A stretch of 64,000 nucleotides of DNA, from the NCBI GenBank assembly GCA_012295275.1, contig CM022671.1, forward strand, positions 24,924,001 through 24,988,000, written 5' to 3'. Below, piece after piece: positions 55,685 to 64,000 of the stretch. The DNA is from Chrysomallon squamiferum. Lineage: Eukaryota; Animalia; Mollusca. Position 1 is the first letter of the stretch; each line of letters opens with the position of its first letter. The position numbers and the translations under genes were made by a program. The notes below the pieces were generated by a model. That model made no database searches. It worked only from the letters and a program-made list of their open reading frames with translations, and was not told the origin of the DNA.

Positions 55685-56460
55685 TAGTAACAACAACAGC
55701 AACAACAGCAAAAAATAAATAAATAAATAAAAGAAAATAAATAGTAGTAATAATAATAATAATAATACTTGTACATGAGTATGTGTGTCTTTCTGCATAT
55801 CTACTTTCCTACTTTTCTCTTTCGCGCATTAGTTTTGTTCTTATTTATTTATTTATTTTTGATTTATGAATACGGCAACGTCAGTCCAACTCAAGAATTC
55901 TTAATCATAAGAAAGAAAACTGAACAGCAAACGTAAGGGCGGGGCATATGAGGTTCAGAAACACACACAAAAGAAGAAAAGAGAGAAAGAGAGAAAGAAA
56001 CCACCTATTTCCATTAAACAATATGTCCATTCGCTATACATCCAGTAAATACAGTCGAAATAATTAACGTATATATGTAGGTCATGTTGTCGATCAAAAC
56101 TGTCAATATATAATAGATTTTCTACATGTGGAGATTAGAAAGCAAAATATAAAGATTGAAGGTTTTTGCGCAAAATAAATACCGAGTAATGTGTTTGATT
56201 TTCATCTACGAGAAGGCAAGATATGAGTTAACATCAAACATTTTCAAGAAAATATAGAGAATAAAGTTCAGTGACTTTTAGAAGATATTCCCATAAAAGG
56301 ATAAAATTCCAGCCTGTTTTATTTTTAAATATTTTAATTTCATTATTGTTTAATATTGCCACGTCAGTCTTGTATCTGGAAAGAAGCATTTTTATATAAA
56401 GAAGTTTTTTTTATTTTTATGTAAGAAAGGAAGTTATATACTCATTCTGAAGAAGAAATT

Positions 56461-57401
56461 ATGATGTCGACGAACGCAACCAATATCTCTGACACCACGG
56501 CTACACGTATGTTGTTAGCGGGGAGTTCCGTTATACTGTTTGGATTATCAAACAACATATTCACACTGGTAGTTCTAGCAAAATCTGCAATGAGTTCTGG
56601 TGTCATTGGTCTGTTCTTGGTTAATGAAGTTTTGTCAGACATAATGCTGCAAATCAGTTCAGAGATGTACTTCATCACCAACGTCTTCAAGTTAAAGTTC
56701 ATCTTGACATCGGCTTTGATACCCGCCGTATCATCCGTTAAATGTTTCTCTATGATGGGATTAAGTATAGTCCTGTGTACAGCTATCTGCAACCCTTTGA
56801 AATATATTGTATATGTTACAATGAAGAGAGTGAAGATATATATGACAGTAATCTGGCTCTGGGTTCCCTTGGTGTTGTGTTACGTTTATTTTGAAGGAAC
56901 ATTTTTCACGATGAATGAACTCACTAAAAGAGTCGATCCTAATTACACTTCAACGAACTGGTGGGTTGGGACTATTAACATGACAAGTGCAGTTGCTATT
57001 CCTTTGATTGTGATTTCTGTATGTATGATAAAAATAACCAGACATAAAAATGGAGTAATTTTAACGAATTGTTACCTTAAGAGAACGACTGAAAGCAAAA
57101 TTCGCTTGGCTAATTTCAACACGATCATTTTCATGATGTACGTCCTGACACAGTTGCCATTTCATGTCGCTTACTCCTTTCATATCGTTGATCAAAGCCT
57201 AGAATATCACTGATAATTATCTACCTTTTACACAACTTGATGAAACTCTTTGCTTACATATTTCTGATGCGGAATTTCAGATATACCGCGCTGAAGATGT
57301 GTTGTCACGTTTGTCTGAACAAAACAAGTGCTAAAACTACCAGAGTTCTGTTAGTGAAAACCGTGCCGACTAGAAACACAGACATACAACAAGCTATATA
57401 A
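56461..57401 (+). CDS. R10: full-length 7TM receptor with one 1-bp deletion before TM7 (pseudogene or assembly error)
   Basis: The 250 aa ORF stops at QSLEYH*. One added base at CTA GA ATA (~57203) restores ISLIIIYLLHNLMKLFAYIFLMRNFRY...QQAI* ending at 57401. Confidence 0.8.
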
Positions 57402-59382
57402 GTTAGCTTTATAAAAACAGAAAAACATCTTCAAGGCAGAGGAGAAGATTAATAATTACAGGAGAAAAATATGAAGATAATTTTATAATTTATAAAGAGC
57501 TGTGACAAATATTGACCTTCTCTCCGTTATCCAGTGCAATTAATAGCATTGCCAATGGTGCAGTAAAATCCGTGATTCTCTTACTTTTCATTGGCATAGA
57601 AAATTGACCTGAAGTCACAATTAAATTATGGTTTGGTATTGTGCATTTGGTTTAGATAATGATGTTAATAAGCTGATACATGTTAAATGCTTTTTGATTA
57701 CATTACAACTGTTAAACCTTTTGAAATAATGTTTTGTATATTCCCAGATTAGAATTTTATTCCTGTCAGTGATAAAATATAGCAAAGATATTTGGTATAA
57801 TTACATCTTTGTTTTCATTAATATGTCTTCTTCAGTTGTTACTTTTTCATTTTTGCGATTTGTTTTTAATAAAGATGGAGATTTCAATGATGATGATAAT
57901 GGTTGATGACAGTGATGAAAATAACAACAACAATAATAATAATATTTATAATAATAATCGTAATTATGATGATGATGATGTTTTCATTGATAATAGATTT
58001 AAATATATACATCAGTTAGTTTTTATTCTAGTATTCACTTATTTATTTCATTATTCTTTCTTTCATTGTAACGGTATCATTATGGATATTTGCTTTAAAA
58101 AAAAAGACGGCAATCGTGATGATGATGATAACAATAATTATGACGACGCTGATGATGATGATCAGGATACACCAGTTAATTATTTTTGTATCAGTCTATC
58201 TAAAGGTATGAACAGGGTTTTCTCGCTCGCCTAGAAAAATAGGGAGAAATATTGTGATAAAAATATTTCAGCAAATTTTATTCTTATGTTTATTTACGAT
58301 TATTCGCATCCTGCTTTTTCGAGTCTCGAACCTCAACTTACGTCGGTCTGTTAATTGTAATCTATTTAGTCAGTTGTCATGTCCATCTAAGTTAATTTAA
58401 TTTGTAAACGAATTTAAAACAACTGCTTTTTTTTTTTTTTTTTTTTTTTCAGCTTCTAATCACAACTAGTAAAACAGTTTTGCAGCTATTCAATGAATTG
58501 GTCACATGATTAATTAACAAAATTATATAACTCGACGATCGCTAATGGCGTTTATGTGATCGTTCGACAAAATGGAGGCAAAAGATACCGTTACTTTCAA
58601 CTTCCAAGTGATGTATTTTAAATAAAATAAAATAAAATTAAATCAGATTTATAAAAAGGAAAAAAAGGAAAAAGAAGGCGACTTCGCCATGGGTTACAGG
58701 TAAGGCGAAATTTAGCACGATAGGGCGACTATTTATTTGATATGCTTTTTTTGTTTTTATTTTATTTTATATGTAACTGGGATATAATACATACATACAT
58801 ATATATATCAAATTAATGATCATCTTCAGTATTAACATCATCACCATCATTATTATTATCATTATTATAATCATCATCATCAACATCATTCATGTTATTG
58901 TTATTTTTAGTGGCAGATTTAGTAGCAGAAGAATGACTAATATTATAGGTTACTAACAGTAGTAACTGCGGAAGCAGTAATAGCGGCATTGCGTTTGATA
59001 TAATAATAATAATAATAATACACATTAATAGTGGCAGTAGTAGTAACAGTCTAGTGGTAGGTAGTAGTAACTACTGGTATAATAGTTGTAGTCGTTGTTG
59101 CTGTAACAATGGTAGTATTGTTGTTGTAATAGGAGTAGCAGTATTATTATTTATTATTATTACGATTAGTAGCAATACTAGTAGTTTCAGTCATATTAGT
59201 AATAGCAGAAATAGTAGTATTGTTTGGAGATATTACTAGTAATTGTTAAAGAAGTAGTAGTAGTAATAGTTGTTGCTGTAGCAACAGTAGCTGTGATACT
59301 GAGTTTAAGTTATAATTATATGTTTGTATATGATTATGAACTAAATGGTAATTTTTGAAGAACAGAATTATTATTATTATTA

Positions 59383-59415
<33 letters not shown>

Positions 59416-59436
59416 TATTATTATTATTATTATTTA

Positions 59437-59481
<45 letters not shown>

Positions 59482-59619
59482 TTGCTTAAGCCTAATTTAT
59501 GAAATGTATGTAATAGGAAATATATAAGCTGGCACAAATCACAGGCAGTCAGAGTTAGATTAAAATACATAGCAGAAAAGAAGATTAAAACCATATATTA
59601 ATATTTTTCTCATAGCGTT

Positions 59620-59900
59620 GCTTGATTAATAATCTGGAATTTAATTTCAGATCGATACACTGTAATCCCGAAAGCCGTTTTATTAATGTTTTTATTCTTG
59701 GATTTTTTGTTGTCATGTAGGTTTTTTCATTTATTAAGATTAAATCCTTTCAGTTGGTTTCTTACATATTCTTTTTTCAAAACTTTTACATTTGAAATGC
59801 TCATTTTATAATTTGTTGCTTCGATTGATTTTTTTTCTTCTTCTTTTTTTTTTCTTTTTCATTATTATCTGTAAACCACATTACCTCATTTAATTAAAGC
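59620..59900 (+). other. Conserved downstream non-coding element (copy after R10)
   Basis: ttttattcttggatttttgttgtcatgtaggttttttcatttattaagattaaatcctttcag. Confidence 0.65.
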
Positions 59901-60082
59901 ATGGGATTATGGCGTTTTGAGAAACTCATGTTTAATAACGTATTCACAGATCACAGATACAAACGTAAAGAACCAAAGTAATTTCAAGTCAGTAATAAAC
60001 ATTTAATAGGAAAATTTGAAAAATAATTAAAGAAAAGGAAACATGTGCAAATGTTATTTCATCGTTTGCTTCTGTGTTGTTG

Positions 60083-60184
<102 letters not shown>

Positions 60185-61969
60185 ATGTTTGTTTCTTAGT
60201 TTATGTTTATTCATTTATTTAATTTTTTTACTATATAAAAGTTTATTATACAATTCACTGCAAATATTAGTTATTGTTTTTCAATATCCTTCCTATATTC
60301 TTCAAATGAAGTGTTATCATAATTAGTAATATTCTTTAGCTTGTTGTAAGAAAAATATGCATTTCAAAATTTAACTAACCAGAACATAACTTATTTCACA
60401 CCTTTCGTTGCGTCACAGTTTCTGACAGTTTGAATGGATATTATTAATAATAAATGCATTCATAATGCAGATTACGGAAAACAGGTAAAGAATTTAGATT
60501 GCTATTGTTGCTGTAAATTCAACATTATTTTTATTATTTTATTCTTTGAGAGTATTTATTATAAAAAAAAAAATCAGTTAAATATCTTTGAATGATTATT
60601 TACTGTGCTCAGTCTTTTGTATGAATATCGCAAAAGTTACAATGAGGCATGAGTGAATGAAGATAGTCTGTATATTTTTTATGTTTTTATTAGTTTTTAG
60701 CTGACATTTTGCAGTTAATCTCGGAGTAACAACGACTACCACAGTTTTCAAGAGTTATCTTCCTGGTTTCCGAAAATGATTTTAATTTCGTTACATAAGT
60801 ATATACGTATTTAAGTATTTATAAACTTTGTGATCTTTCATGTATGCATATGTGATGTAGATATGTATATGTATGTATGAATGTATAAATGAATAAATGT
60901 ATGTATGAACTATATATCAGTATATTACGTATGTGTATGTGTATCTAACAGAATAAACATTGTTATATAAAACAATAAAATGACGTCATATCTTTGTCAC
61001 TTTATGCTCGTTACCTGGAGTCGTTGTTGACTGCCTGTATATTTCACATGTGGTTGGCTGCTTAGGTAACTAACTCACATACTGTTCTTCAACAAACATA
61101 GCTGACTAGCGCTATATCCAAGAAGTTATTGAAAATACCGAAAATTACTTAATGCATACATACATACATACATACAAGCAGATAATTTACTGCACTTAAT
61201 AGCATTTGTTTTTCGATATCCATATTACATTCTTCATGTCAATTGTTTTTACAATTTAAAATGGTCTGTTAAAAGTATACCGCAGAAACAGCAAGAAAAC
61301 AGTAAATCCACTAATTACAAAATATTTATTATTTATTACTCTTAGATGAAGCTAATAAAACAAATAAAGTATTCAAATAGCTGTTATGGTTGTAAATTCG
61401 ACATTATTTTCATATTATTTATTCTGTGAGAATATTTATTACAGAAAGAAACAAAATCAAATAAATATCTCTTTGTATTATTAAACTACATTCAGTCTAC
61501 AGCGTCATTTGCAAAATCGACCAGCTGACTTGTTGCCAATTTATTGTCTCCTGTGAAAATATATAGGATAAAAACATAAAAAAGAAGATTCAAGGAAATA
61601 TCTGTTTGAATCATTAAAAAGCTGTACTCCGTCTTCTGTAACAATTTATCAATATTGCAACTGACCTGGTGTAAGCAATTTACCATAGAACACGTTTTTT
61701 TATATACAAAGTACGCTAGAGAATGAGTATATATTAATTTGCAACTGTTACCTTTAATATTACTTTACTGATTCCTAACTCCTTAACATCTTCTTTTGAC
61801 CAGAACTGCATTCGTAAGGTAGAGTAGTCTAGATGAATATAATTATATACTAGTTTTTTTTAATATCTTCAAAATACCGCTGAAAGATTAATTGGGGAAA
61901 AAAAAAGAAAAAAAAAAAAGGATACTGGAAGAAAGAAGAAACAAAGGCCGAAATATTCTTATTATTATA

Positions 61970-62004
<35 letters not shown>

Positions 62005-62460
62005 TGTTGTTGTTGTTATATTATATCAAACGCAATGACACTACTACTACTAATGCGGCAGCATCTACCGCTATTACTAACGTGCTAATACTATTTATTC
62101 TTCTACTAACCTTCCACTAGAAATATCACTGTGATGAATGTTAATCTAATTTCAGTTACATAAAGAACTCTGATATCAAACCTTACATTTCTTAATTCTC
62201 TTGCTGACTTCCTGGTACAGCTACTGAACCATTAATTTTATCCGGCAAATACTGAACTGAATGTGGTCACGATTTCAGGATAAAAGCTAAATCTACCTTT
62301 AAAGTATGAAAAACAAAGAGCTAAAAATTGTATCTAACAGATAAATATTAATTCACTTCTAAAGAAAGCTGTCTTTGATTTTCACTGATATTTGACTTTA
62401 ATTCACTTAAAGTTAGCTGATATAGAATGTGTCTTTCATTAGCAAGCTATGTTTTAAATA

Positions 62461-62517
<57 letters not shown>

Positions 62518-62549
62518 AGAGAGCCCTCGCTGTTCATTTCCCCTATGTA

Positions 62550-63290
62550 CGTTGTTTGTCACATACGTCGACAACAAACAAAGGACAACATGTCAGTTAA
62601 GGTATTTTCTGTTTCACATTTACATTGTTTTGAGCGATATGAAGAGCATCTTGACGATTAGAATAAAAACTACAACGTGTGAATTAGTCAAGTGAAATTT
62701 TGATTTCTCTTGTTCTGTTAACACAAAAAAAACAAATTGTCTAAAACTGAAACATTTTGATGTTTGCCAACTTTTCTGATACATTTAGTAATTAAAAAAA
62801 AAGGAACAGCAACTACACTTGTCATGTTAAGATCCCCAACCCACCATTTCGTTGAAGTGTAGTTAGGATTGAGTGTCTTCGAATGTTCATTCACTGTGTA
62901 AGAACATCCTTCTAAATAGACATAACACAAAACTACAAGAACCAAAGCTGTGTTACTATCAAATATATCGTCACTCTCCTCTTTGCAACATGAACGTGAT
63001 ATTTTAACCGGTTACATACACCAACACAGAGGAAAAAAACATTTAACAGAGGCAAAGGATGCAACCAAAGTTATTACAAATAGAAACTAGCTATTAGAAA
63101 TGTTTAAATGTCAAATCATTTCGGCTAGAAGCTCAATGGCCATAAAGTGACCAATAGCAGAGAAAGACATCCTGGATCTTTCAAGAATCATCACTTATGA
63201 AAATATTTGGAAAATACTCATAATACAACATAGCTCTTGCAAGTAAATTACCTTCAAAGAGGATATCAGCGAGATTAGTTACATTTGCCT
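62550..63290 (-). pseudogene. R11: heavily decayed 7TM receptor pseudogene (R6-like)
   Basis: Fragments ANVTNL, MILERSRMSFSAIGHFMAIELLAEMI*HLN and CYVYLEGCSYTVNEHSKTLNPNYTSTKWWVG lie in shifting frames. The upstream flank 63560-63790 resembles the R6 upstream flank 35810-36050. Confidence 0.85.
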
Positions 63291-63829
63291 TTCAAATAGA
63301 ATATTAGTAGCTGTATACGTGGGCAAAAAACATTTTATGAGATGCTATTAAAGTATCTGAAAAACGAAATATATTTTATAGAGAACACTAATATTTTTAT
63401 TGTGTGTGTCAATGTGCACCAATTTTTTATTTTAATGGCTGTATATAAGTAAACCAACACCATAAGATCAAAAAGCGCCATTATCTCTCTATGTATATAT
63501 GTATTATAATTTTACACATATTATAAAACCTGTTCAAACATAGAAAAGTCATTTTTACAATACAGAGTCATTTCCCTTGATCTGAAAACGAAAACGAAAA
63601 CGGTTTGTCTGACCAGATATGTATTTTCTTTCCATATTAAATGAATATCGATGTTTCTTATGGCAAAGAAAAATAATCGTAAAGAACTGATGAATTAATG
63701 TCAGTGATAGAATCGCCATCTTTTACAATAATTGGTTATTATTAATATTTTTATTACTTACGAAATATTTTGTTAAGTTTGTTTTACTTTAAATCATGTT
63801 TTGATTTTAATTTAAATATTCTCTTATGT

Positions 63830-63945
63830 ATGTCTGATTAGACTCTGCAATTAGACAAAATTCGTGAACGCACTAGACGCAGGACAAAGTCCAATCACGA
63901 CCTGACAAACCCATTTGCTGACGAGACTCGAACGTATGAACCCAA
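63830..63945 (-). mobile_element. Second, more decayed copy of the tRNA-derived SINE
   Basis: aggacaaagtccaatcacga...ctgacgagactcgaac is shared with 54077-54135. Confidence 0.55.
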
Positions 63946-64000
63946 ATTCATCAACACAGTCTTCAAAGTCATCTAGTCGTATGTATGTATGTATGTATAA

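Overview
AT-rich, microsatellite-dense eukaryotic (invertebrate) genomic DNA. The repeat landscape is cephalopod/mollusc-like, but the species cannot be fixed from sequence alone. The window holds a tandem array of 11 paralogous intronless 7TM genes of rhodopsin (class A GPCR)-like architecture, named R1-R11 here, in orientation -,-,+,+,+,-,+,+,+,+,-. Five have intact ORFs of about 308-323 aa (R3, R4, R5, R6, R9). Three are full length but broken only by 1-bp deletions (R2, R7, R10), possibly assembly errors. Three are clear pseudogenes (R1, R8, R11). The family has lost almost every class A activation motif (DRY, Y5.58, CWxP, NPxxY, TM3-ECL2 disulfide) and instead conserves buried charges (E2.46, K3.39, mostly K7.49) around the sodium pocket. 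Most copies share a TGTCAATCA-CCAAT-TATA promoter and a conserved ~250 bp downstream element. The rest of the window contains ~9 kb segmental duplications, a decayed FLYWCH/MULE transposon, a hAT MITE, tRNA-derived SINEs, a 28-bp minisatellite and many microsatellites, which explain most short ORFs.
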